From contig NMRA01000454.1 of the NCBI GenBank assembly GCA_002633005.1, forward strand, positions 279,733-343,732: DNA of 64,000 nucleotides. Reading direction: 5' to 3'. The notes under the pieces are model-generated. The model was not told the DNA's origin, made no database searches, and saw only the letters and a program-made list of their open reading frames with translations. A program made the translations under genes and the position numbers. This DNA is from Phoronis australis (taxonomy: Eukaryota > Animalia > Phoronida). How positions within the stretch are numbered: the stretch's first letter is position 1; every line of letters starts with the position of its first letter. Of this stretch, positions 27,501 through 39,500 are shown in pieces.

Positions 27501-30500
27501 GTGAGATGCAGGAACGCCAGGCTAAGGCGATGGCTGTTGACAATACTGTCGATGTTTATATGTTTACTCCTATGTTTCACGGTAGATGCTGCACTGGAAT
27601 TCACGCTCCGCCCACCGACAGCAACGTCACCAATGCCGAGCCTAGAAGCGCTGAAATGGCTGGAAATCGTAGTCAAGGAACAGGCTTTCATCATCAAGAA
27701 CAATAACGGAAAACGAATGTGCATCGGAAAAGACAATGTTATTAACCCAAGTAGGGTAGTTTTTCTGTTAATTCATACATGTATGTAGTGCTTGTAAAAC
27801 ACGATTGCTGCTAAAGAAAGTGTATTGCGGCTCAACGAAAATTTTAACTTAATACTTACGGCATCGTTTGAGTTTTGCATTTTTTTTCAAGCGGGAATCG
27901 ACACTGCCATGAGCGTAATGTTTTCTGGTTCGTGTTTGTCTTTTTGCGGGTAATTTAATCACTTCTTGGTCTAGTTCGGTCATCGAGGCAAGCCTGCATG
28001 AAACCTGCGAATCTTGTTTTTCATGTTCCAGAAACTGAATGTCCAGACGGGATGTACGGTCTAGGGTGTAAAAAAAAGTGCGACTGTGGTCCGGGACAAC
28101 CATGCGACCAGCTAGGAAAATGTGACCTTAGTAAGACACTTAATGTTTACATGCTCACTGAACCATTTAAACAACGAAATTGTGTACGAGCAATTCAAGT
28201 TGACTGTCTGAAATCAACCAATACCGTTAATGAGAGCTTGTTTTCTCCTGTTCTTGTTTAAGAAACAAAATGTCCCGACAAAACTTTTGGCGAAAAATGC
28301 AAATATAGATGCGAATGCACAAACGAGACGGTATGTCCACCCGGTATACTCCACTGTAAAGCAAGATGCAAAGAAACAACAGAGAAATCGTGCAAAGTCA
28401 CGTGCGCTGCTGGTCGTTACGGCGAGGACTGCTCAACGCAGTGCGACTGCAAGATGACAATTGCTTGTGTGGATGGAAAATGTACAAAAGGTGGGCCTAT
28501 GGTAAAATGGTGAGGCACGAAACATGTTAATCTGTAATGACTAACCATAATCGAGTTAAATGTTGCTTCGTGAAGGATTTTTTACTAAACTTTTTGCGAC
28601 CTGTCAAACTGTTTTGTTGAAACACCAGGTTAAATCATATAACCTTGAAGATTATTTTAAGTGGCCAGTAACCAAAAGCAGACGAAATATTTTAAATTCA
28701 ATGTATTTGCATATATATATATTTCTATCACGATATCGACGCACGGTATTGGCTCACATGACAAACCCATTGACAAGGTGTTCTAACAATCAACACAACG
28801 GGAAATCTGGTACTTTACTTCATACCAGCAAGTCAGAAGGCGTTGAACAAGGTGATCATATTACTGTATATTGTACAAGCTCGCCCATTTCAATCCGTTT
28901 GTAGACAAAGTGTGTGAAAAACCAAAGAAGTATGGCATAGATTGCGATTTGGACTGTCAGTGTGCAGAAGGCAGTTCATGTAGTCGTGCTGAGGGTTTGT
29001 GCGACAAGTGCAAACCGCTGAGATACGGAGAGGACTGTGCGAATGAATGCGGCTGTCTTAAGGCCAGTCAGTGTGATGGTACCAGCGGCAATTGTAAAGG
29101 AATATGCCTACGAGGCCTATGGGGACTCGACTGCAAGAACGAATGCTATTGTGAACACTGTAATCCTGTGACTGGCAAGTGTGAGGGCGACTGCCCGGAT
29201 GGGCGCTACGGTCCTCGATGTGACAAGGAGTGTCATTGCAAAGACCAAAAAACTTGCACTGCTTCCGAAGGTTGTAAAGGGTGCGATTTGGGATACAGAG
29301 GACCCCACTGCAATCTAAAGTGTTTCTGTAACGATATGAGCTCGTGCTCGCAGTACGAAAAGTGTCCACACTGCCCGACCGGTCACTATGGACTAACATG
29401 TGAACGCACATGTGATGGCTGTGTGGGAGAGGACTGTGACAGATACACTGGAGAGTGCAAGCGTGGCTGCAAGCCCGAAAGATGGGGGCCAGGCTGCAAA
29501 AACAAGTGCGCATGTCGACTTCCGGGTTCGTGCAATCCTGTACACGGGCATTGTCAAAGCGGCTGCCTCAAGGGGAGGACAGGCCCGGCTTGCAACACCA
29601 CATGCAACTGTGAAAAGGACGAGTATTGTATTGACAATACGTGTGACTTCCAATGCCCTAAGTACCACTTCGGACACGACTGTAGGAATGTGAGCCACTG
29701 TCCACCGGGAGACACTTACGATGTTTACACTGGACGATGCACAATGGGTGTTTGCGACATCGGTTACTACGGTCCCACATGTACTTCTAGATGCCATTGT
29801 AAGGATAAACGATGTAAGTCAACAGGCGAGTGTATAGACGGTGTGTGTGCTAAGGGTTGGTATGGACCGTCTTGTGACCGACGGTGTAACTGCATTAATA
29901 TTGCTAAGTGCGACGCTACTACTGGAGCGTGCGAAACATGTCCCGTCGGCTGGTATGGTATGGATTGCAGTAAACAATGCTTCTGTCGTGAAAGTGTAGC
30001 TTGCGACCGCCATACAGGGTTCTGTCCAAAAGGATGTCCGCCACTGCGCTACGGATTGGCTTGCGATAAAACATGTGCCTGTTATGATGGAGACGTATGT
30101 GAACGCTTTTCTGGCACGTGCTGTAAGCCGTCGGATAACAACAGCGTTTGTTCTAAAGGTGAGACAACAATAAGCCATTTCGGGGTTAAATATCTGCAAT
30201 TCTCATGTTGAGCATGTATACAGTGGTGAGTATTCCAAAAGTATTACATAGTTACGTAACAAGAGTATATAAACGCCATCGCACTCAAAAAATAGTTATA
30301 ATTTGACGGCATTTTATGGGCAGTGCCTCCATCAACTTCAGTTCCTGTTGCCACCCTTTTGACGCTGTGTAGGGTAAACAGTGAATACCAACGCATACTG
30401 TTTTACTCAAATATTTACTTACCAGAGTTTTTGGCATACATTTACATGAACGCTAAGAAAATCGTAAGGGTTTGCAAACTGAAACATTTGGAATAGTAAA

Positions 30501-33500
30501 GACGTGTTTCACGCCGTCCAACTTGGGTAACACGATTATTTTGTATATAAATAATTTTAAAGTTTAGTTGCAAGAAAACACCTTTTCCAATATCATTAAT
30601 CTGCCAGGGTTTGTTGGATATCATCGAAATAAAATGACTTTTAAGTGATATAATTTTGTGTTGTTAAAATCTTTTTAATGCTTAATTTCCTTGCATCTGT
30701 TTATTTTAAATTCCAAATAAATTCCGCATTATGAGATTCATTTTTCGCCGGAGTTAGTTGAAACGACCTTTTGTCATTCCACACATATAGCGGATATGTG
30801 CAGCGATAATTGGTCTCCTTGAGCACATTCATTCAGTTCACACTTTCTTTCACATTCGCGTAAAAATTAGCTGTTACAAAACCCGTTTAGTTACTGTAAC
30901 GTGAATCGGTACGAGCAATTAAGTATCAGTCCACGGATCCACCGACCACAGTACAGCCAACAAGCGGCAAGGTGGGGGTCAGCCATTCAGATCCGTGTTT
31001 AGTCTGATAAATCACATTAGGGATGAGAGAAAATGGGTGAAGTATGACACCACAAAGTTTGGTGGTTTAGGAGATACAAGGGAAGTGTTCTGGGGGGCAA
31101 AATGAGGCNTGAACAGTTAAAACTGGACAGTTTTTATACCGTGAAAACATGGCTGCGAAGCCGTAAAATGTGTTTGAGCCTATAACTTTAGAAAAACGCA
31201 ATATTTTCAAGAAATATTTTACCGCTGTTTATAGATCCCATAGGACTACCTATGTGCCAAATTTGGTGAAAATCGGGTGACCCCCACCTTGCCGCTCATG
31301 GCTGGTGCTCTCGTGGACTAGTACTTAAGTATACGTCATTGTTCACGTTAACGTCGCTTTACGAAGCCTCTCTATAATACAAATATCACCAGCGTGGACG
31401 GCGATGCAGCGCATGACAGTTCTGCATTCACTTATCAAAAGATATTATTTTAAATGAGGTGCAATTCTGACGGGAACATTTTAGTTTAATAGATGACATA
31501 CTAGATTTAGCGTGTATGTCAGTAGAATACCTGTGACTCACCCAATACCTTTACGAAAGGTTGATTGAGCTATCGAAAATAAATGACAATCCAGCTTTTT
31601 TACTGTAGCTGCGTGCGATTCAAACACGTTTTGGAGCTTTTTTTAGCAATGCATTACAATTGACACATGTGTCTGTCAGTCTATCCGTGGAATTGGAAGA
31701 CGTAAAATATTCAGTAACGGTTCACGGACACATACATGTACATGTATTAATTCGCAAGTGGAACGCATTAAAGGCAAATTGGAAGCAAAACGGCAAATGG
31801 CAGTACCTTAGTGATATCTTGAGACTCGCGTATTGACTAGAACACATCTGACCAAGGTGACAATATTCACGAGAGCACCTGAACATGCCGTATAACCCGG
31901 GATCGGTCTCAGCGAACTGAGCGCCGGCACACTGTCAGGCATAAACAAATTAGCATTCACAAAACTCATAGCACAATGTGCAGTAGGCGGAGCTAACTTC
32001 ATTCAAATTGATATTAAAATGGTTCATTTCAAAATTGCATTTCTCCGTTTATTCCACAGATAACCCTGTTTCGTGAACGTCCATTACGTAACAGTAACTG
32101 GTTGAACATTTCCCGGTGTTTAGTCCTAGCCCGCAACGAATCATCCTTAAAGTTGAGTTACAAACTCGAATTAAAATTGTAAATTTCAAGTTCTGGTCTC
32201 AACTTATACGTGTAGCAATGTGGATGGGGTCATTAAGTGCAAGCCATGGTTATGCAGTTTTATAACGGAACTGTGATGTACTCGAGTACTGTAAAATAGA
32301 CACTCATCCCGCATGCGCACTGAAGTAGAGAGCATAAAATTCCAACAGTAATTCCGAGTTGGATTTCAAGTACACAGATCAGACCCAAGTGCAGGGTTGC
32401 ATGAAACGTTCCCAAATTGGGATTTAAGTTAACTAAATATTTCACGTATTTGACTGTGTCGTACATGTATTTACTCAAATATGGAATCGTTTCCTGTCAT
32501 TTTACCCTGGTTATGAGTTCCTCTTTGACATAGGCCTATATGAAATTTTCTAATACTGTTGATTTTCATTGGACTAAGGACTCAGATTTTATAGAGACTT
32601 AGGTCCTTAAAATTGTTATGTTGCAGAAAATGGACCCTACTGATTTAAACATGTAGAATGCAAAGTATAGTTCAATGTGGATATGTATCAAGAAAAAAAT
32701 GGATTAGTATTGAAACTAAAGCGAAGTAATTAAAGACAGTTGCTGTTTTCATAAGTCCAAAAGAACTCAGTAGATTTAGGGGACTTCCATGTAGCTGAGT
32801 CTCTACTTGGGGCTGTTTTATGCAACTGTATCCAGGCCCTTAGCTTACAATAATTATAACGTGTTGTGGTAGTATGAAACGCACCACGGTATACATGTAT
32901 TGGCTGTGACGTTATGTGTGCCTACATTGGTAATAGCGTTCATACATGTGTAGCAAAACAGCACAATGTCTTGACAACAATGAGAGAATCCACAATCAGG
33001 GCTTAGGTATTTTTGTCATATACTTGTATGGTATATATGTACAACCTACTGCAGGTTTCCAAAAATTTTCAAACTTGGAAAGTGCGACTTTGACGGAGCT
33101 CATTATCCAAGGTGTTTATTTTTGTGCCCACTATTTATCTTCTAAATCAAACGCAAGTAATTGCGTGTGTCACACCTCTCACACTCCCTTTAAATCATGA
33201 CCCTCAGCGAAACGTGTCAACATCTTAACAATAATTCCACTTCAGAACCAGTCTGCACAATCAAGGACGCGTACGGCCCAAATTGTGACAAGAAATCGAA
33301 CTGCCAAAGTAATTTCAATCGTTTGAGCGGGGAATGCAGCACGTGCAAGACTGGTTACTACGGGTTTGCGTGTGAGAACCAGTGCCACTGCAAGGGTAGT
33401 GCTGGGTGTTCGGGTGATGGAAATAGCTGCCCTTCCGGTTGCGACGCTGGCTGGTTTGGGTTTCACTGTGAAAAACCGTGTCACTGTTATAAGAAGGCAC

Positions 33501-36500
33501 CTTGTGAGACAGGCAAATGTAAAACAGGGTGTGAGGCTGGATGGTGGGGTACTTCATGCGATCGACCCTGCAATTGTGAAGCCGGTGATTGTAACCAAAT
33601 CACGGGTAACTGTAGTGGTGAATGTAAACCGGGGAAATTTGGATACAGTTGCGATCAACACTGTTTCTGCCCAAGTAATGGGAGATGCAATCGCAAGACA
33701 GGTAAATGCGCCGGTGGCGTGTGCCCACCCAAGAGGTTTGGTTACGGTTGTCAAAAACAGTGTCATTGCCTGCCCGGCAGTGAATGCATCAAGGGTCTCT
33801 GCGAGAAAGGATGCGAAAAGGGATGGAGTGGACCGTATTGTCAAAGTAAGTGCTATTGTCTAGACGGCAATTGCAACAGAGAGAAGTGTGGACAATGTTT
33901 GCCTGGGAGATTTGGACCACAATGTGAAACCAAATGTAGATGCGCCGGGAAGTGCAACGAGCTGACCAACGAATGCGAAAAGTGTCCCCCCGGGAGATGG
34001 GGACTTGACTGTCAACGTGAGTGTCATTGTAGTTCTGCTGCTCCTTGCGCCAGGCTCAGCGGCAAATGCCCGGGTGAGTGCGAAGACAGGTATTTCGGGT
34101 ACGCGTGCGATCAAAAATGTCAATGCAGGAACGGCGAAAAATGTGACCAGTTCACCGGTGAGTGTCTCAGTGGAGTCTGTAAGTATGGCTACTACGGTCT
34201 AGGTTGTCAGGATAAATGTAACTGCGCGCGACCATGTGACCAGAAGACGGGGCAGTGCAAAGACGGGTGTGTTTTCAGACGTTACGGCGACACTTGCAAG
34301 AACGAGAGTAACTGTTCAGGCCCTTTCGACCGCATCACCGGAAAGTGCACGACTGTGTGCCGACCTGGATGGTACGGATACAACTGCGCACAAAAGTGCA
34401 ACTGTGACGAGGAAACTGTCGGCAATTGTCACGCGGTTACCGGGGAGTGTAGTAACGGTTGCCCACCAACCTACTACGGCTACAACTGCAAGAACCGCTG
34501 TCACTGCCTTGACAATAATGGTCGCTGCCCACGAGACACGGGGGAGTGTAGCAAATGTTTGATCGGTTGGTTTGGGTCTCGCTGTGACAAGAGATGCCGC
34601 TGTGACAAAGGCAAAGCCTGTCCTCAAGGAACATGCCCCGGTCCTTGTCAAGTGGGATGGAAAGGGAAGGACTGTTCAGAACGTAAGTCCCTTAGCTTTT
34701 AACCCTCGACATTATTCCGCGTATCGACCGAAACCGAAGGTGGAGGTCGATACACGGAATAATGTCTCGTGGGATATTATTTCATGTACGCCACTCTCGG
34801 TACGTTTTGTGCATATATTTGACATTTTCGTATAATGCACACAGGAACGTGTCATCGGTGTTACATTTTCAGCTTTGACAGAGGTGGCATGCGTTATTTG
34901 CTCATAACACGGTTGTTATTATGTCAAATAAAAGCCGTACTAATTATTAGACGACAGTTTTAGATGTTACGCAGTGGTACATGCATCTTCGACCTGATGG
35001 CAACTATTAAAACGTTTCAGCCACTGCCTGCCTCAGACCCAACAGGTTTGGAACATCATGCACGAGGGCCTGCCACTGTCTGGACGACAAGCCCTGTCAC
35101 CGCTTCACAGGCAAATGTAAAGCATGCAAGCCTAGATGGGAAGGTGACACGTGTTCCCATTGTAAGTAACACACGCTTACATGCATCTAGAAAGACAAAC
35201 CAATCGGATGACGTAAGTCAACCCTTACAAAAATGAACTTAAGTTTTCATCGAAAAACTTAAGTTTTTGGTCTGAAAAACTTAAGTTTTCATTCCCGAAA
35301 ACTTAAGTTTTTGGCGAAAACTTAAGTATTTTGGAACAAGTTTTTTGGAACGAACTTAAGTTTTCATAACTTAAGTTTTCAAAAACTTAAGTTTTTCAAA
35401 AACTGAAGTTCTGAAAACTTAAGTTTTTCAAAAACTTNAAATAAATAAATTAAGCCAATTAGTACGGTTTCCAATTCCGTTTTGTCGAGTCCCAGCGGAA
35501 GTCGTTTTAAAGATGAAACTCGTGTAGGAACAAGAAAACGTGTTGTATCTCCTTGCAGACGTGTCCCCCTGTGATAACCCAAACGTTTACGGAGAAGATT
35601 GCAAGTCGGAGTGTCAGTGCCTGACTCCAGAACACTGTGACAGCTTCACCGGTAGTTGCAGAGGCATTTGTCCTGTCCGACGGAAAGGGGACTCATGTGA
35701 CATATGTAAGGTCGATCAAAAACGCTATGTTTACACGTGCGTGATATACCAAAGTTCATATAACACGAAAGTGAATATGTAACTCAAAGGATTCAAATAA
35801 TATGCCATTCTCTTCGACCTATATCCATCAATCTCGACACTTCATAGAACCTTGAAAGTAAATGGTGTTCATAAATAGGGCAGTATTATATGCGATGATC
35901 TTAATGAACAAAGTTAAAGTTTTCTTATTGGAATAATCCTGTTAAAATTCCGTGTTTTGTTGTTATTGAATTTTCACAGCCAGATGGCGGCTACATCAAC
36001 TTAAAGTCATCAAGCGCAAAACATATTTGCGGGTTTCCATTGTGTTGGGCCGATATCCCCTTGACTATGCACGCATATCTGAATAATATAGAACACTATA
36101 CTTTGGTGGCGGCTAATTTACAGGCCTACATTTCTTTAAAGTTGTTGGGCTTACATATTCAGCAACGAATTTCATGTTTGTCTCATACTTTTCATTGTGC
36201 CTCACGTGCATGCGTTCGTTCTATAGAGGTTACAAGAATGATTTCCTTATGCAACATCGTTTTTTGTTTCAGCCAGTGGCTGCCCTCGGCCAGGAACTTT
36301 CGGCGAGTTGTGCGAGAACAAATGTCACTGCAAGCAACCAACGTGCGACGATAAAACCGGAAGCTGTGAGGGTCACGGCGGCTGCTCAGAATACTTCTCG
36401 GGTGACAACTGCTCCGTATGTACGTAAACATTAACGCCTTTGACGTGATGTGTCCTTAAAGTCCAAGTTGCGTGTGATTTCAAGTTTTACTGCAGAAGCG

Positions 36501-39500
36501 TGCCTGTCCAACAACGCAATGTTCACATTACACATCCAATTTAAAACCTTTAGCACCCCATGTTAATCACATCACTGCAGAGAACGCACTACATCTGACG
36601 AAGTCACCATTCCGCAGAAAACACACAACACTCCCATAACACTGAAAGCACGCCTCAGAAAATAAACGCCGATCCAGAACATGCGACCCCTCAGATTAAC
36701 CACGACGACCTTAACCAAACAGCATCCCCTGTACTGTACATGTAGATTTGCTGTGAACCATGATTGAAATACACGGTACGAAATATGACGCTGAGCCCCC
36801 AGCGGAACATTTCCCAGTCATCTATAGTGTGAGTGATTTTGTCTGTGCTGTGCACGAACACGTAGACAAAATCTTACGGGCTAATATTACAGATTTTAAA
36901 TTATTTGTAGTGAAGTTGGGGATGTAGAAAATACTCTCTTTATGAATGCGCAAGCTTAGAACCTACATGTACTGTACTTTCATCTAACCTTTCCTCTGCG
37001 ACATCAGTACTAAACTTTGTCGTGGGTGCTCACCCGTTAGGCAAAAGTACTCAGCCCTCGTGATGTCTCCGTGGTAGTCTAACCAGTGTAACTCCGCAGT
37101 CGGTACACCTCGCGTATACTGTTACGCTCAAATTTCCCTCAGGGATGAACGCTATCTGCGCAAGTGCATACGTTAAGTTATGCGACTTCCAAAATGATAA
37201 ATCATTGTCTTTATCATCGAAACTCGTTGATGCGCAACACGAAAATGGCGGAGGTGCTCCGGAACTGGATGGGGATGCGTGTTACGGAAATACACGCGGA
37301 CAGTCGTTGAATTTCTGATCGCGGCGGAAATACAAAATTGTGTCCAAATGATTTTTATTTTTGATAGGAAAACATATAACTTACATGTAATGTGGCATGT
37401 ATATCCAAAGTGCGTGATCAACACATACGCTAGGCATAAGGACTTGGGTGTATTTTTGTTCTAATGGAATTATGTCGAAAAATTGCACCTGCAACATATA
37501 AAACGGACGGATAAATTAGGCTTAGTTTGAAATTAAGGCAGATTAATACAGACAATGAAGTTTTTGCTGAGCTTGAAATTTCCGTGCACCGTTTTGTTGG
37601 ATTACACACGCATGTATAAGGCCTGAGCTGAACAAACATATTCTTGTGAGAGTATTGTCTCAGTATGACGTCATGACCAACCGTAGACCAATAGTGTTAA
37701 ACTTGTGTCTTGTGAGGGGTTAGTCTCAGTATCACGTCATGACCAACCGTAGACCAATAGTGTTGAAGTTTTGTTTGTTACAGTTGCACTACCTGACTTA
37801 GAACAAGGGATTAAAGGTACGTTAAAGTTCTTGTATTATTGGGAAGTGTAAAAACAAGATGGAGACGCAATTAAACTTATTTGTCCCCTTTCAATTAAGC
37901 TTTCATATCTCTTCTCTTGTGCCATGCTTTAGGAGTATTTCGATATTGGCTCCACAACTGTAGGAAATATTTAAAAGACATAAATCGCGACTTTGACCTA
38001 TTTATAGATACGAAAACGACTTTACTGTCCAACTCTCTGAACCAAAAAATATGACCTGTAACCCTCTACAACCTTCAAAAATGGAAGGAAATTTTGAAAA
38101 CTCCTTCCAAACTTTGCCAAACGGGCAAGCGTAGCCTTCGCGTTCAGCGAATTACACGGTGACTGTGTGAAAAGACCACACAACAATGACTTTAATGTCC
38201 AATTTGTCCGATAGGGGGTATGAAGTTTTCGGTGCTTCCTGCTTTTATCTTTCAACATTGACATTAAAGATGCATTAGCACTTGACAGAACGACGATTGG
38301 ACGAACCCCTCGGCATACAATGTAGGCTTTACAATCCTTTTAAAGGAAGTGTTTTACAAGACAAGATTTCTTTTTAAACCTTTTATTTCATTTTGTCTTT
38401 CATTGGCCAATTGCTAGTGAGATGTTCAACACTGTATTTTTTCGTTAGGTCTCTGTCGGGCAAAAAAGTGTGCATTGGCAATATCGAGCACGTGCTTAAT
38501 ATACATGTTTTGTGGTCAATTAATGCCACAAGCAATTGGAAAAAATACTTTTTCCGTTCTTGACTGGTACTCTCTTTGTATTATGCATTTGTAATGAGGG
38601 CCGGAGGCATGTTACATGAAATTAACCTACATACGGGTCATTCGAGCTACTCTTATGGTGAACTTTTTGCTCAGTTGTCTTGACGTTGGCAAATTATCCA
38701 GTTACATTTTATGGGAATGGGGGACTTGTGAACATACATTCGCTGTTTTTTGTTGTTGCCATCATTCCGTGTATTTCCTCAGTGCTGTGAGGTTTCTCTA
38801 TTGACTTTTCTTAACTAAGTGGTCGATGGAAAATTGCTGAAGTCTGGTAAATACATGTATAACCAGATATATCTGAGTTCTTTTTGTGAAGAATTTAGGG
38901 TTGAGACACTGGGGATCGCTAACGTCGGATTACGATGTTTGCAGTATCTGTTTGACGTTTGAAGTCGCCCATTTCTATTTTTTCATTGACATTTTGGCAT
39001 TATTTTAGTTTCAGTCTTTCTGTACTACACGGCCTCACTACTTTAGCTGTCATCTGTTACGACACGGTATTTTCACTTACTTGTAATTTCCTAGCTATTA
39101 CGCGTATTGTGTCGCCGAATTCTAATAGGAATCGGGTTGAATTAGAAGCATAACAGTTAAAGTCCATGGACGTTCTCAGAAAATGCAACGTCCCCTGCTA
39201 TATCTCTACAGACTTATATGTGTATTATTGCATCAATCATTCCCATTTTGTGGGACCTAAAACAAAGCCATTTTCCTATTTCGTGTTTCACAAATGTTTT
39301 TTTCACGGACACTTCGTAATTAATTAAGTATTGACTGGCTACATTCTATGTAAGTCCATGTTGAAATCAGTCACTGAAAGGATTGAAAACGATATTAATT
39401 AAAACATTGCCGCCATTTTGGTAAGTTGGTTTAGAAAACCTGGTCCTGACACATTTAAAGGCCAGACGATTGTTTAGATACACCCTAATGGGAAAAACTT

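Noticed and set aside
29058-34651. Many overlapping antisense and alternate-frame ORFs
   Set aside because: They are shadows of the repetitive Cys/Gly-rich EGF exons and have no recognisable motifs.
35236-35437. CRISPR-like array of palindromic repeats
   Set aside because: Spacers are only a few bases long and irregular, the context is a eukaryotic intron, and there are no cas genes.
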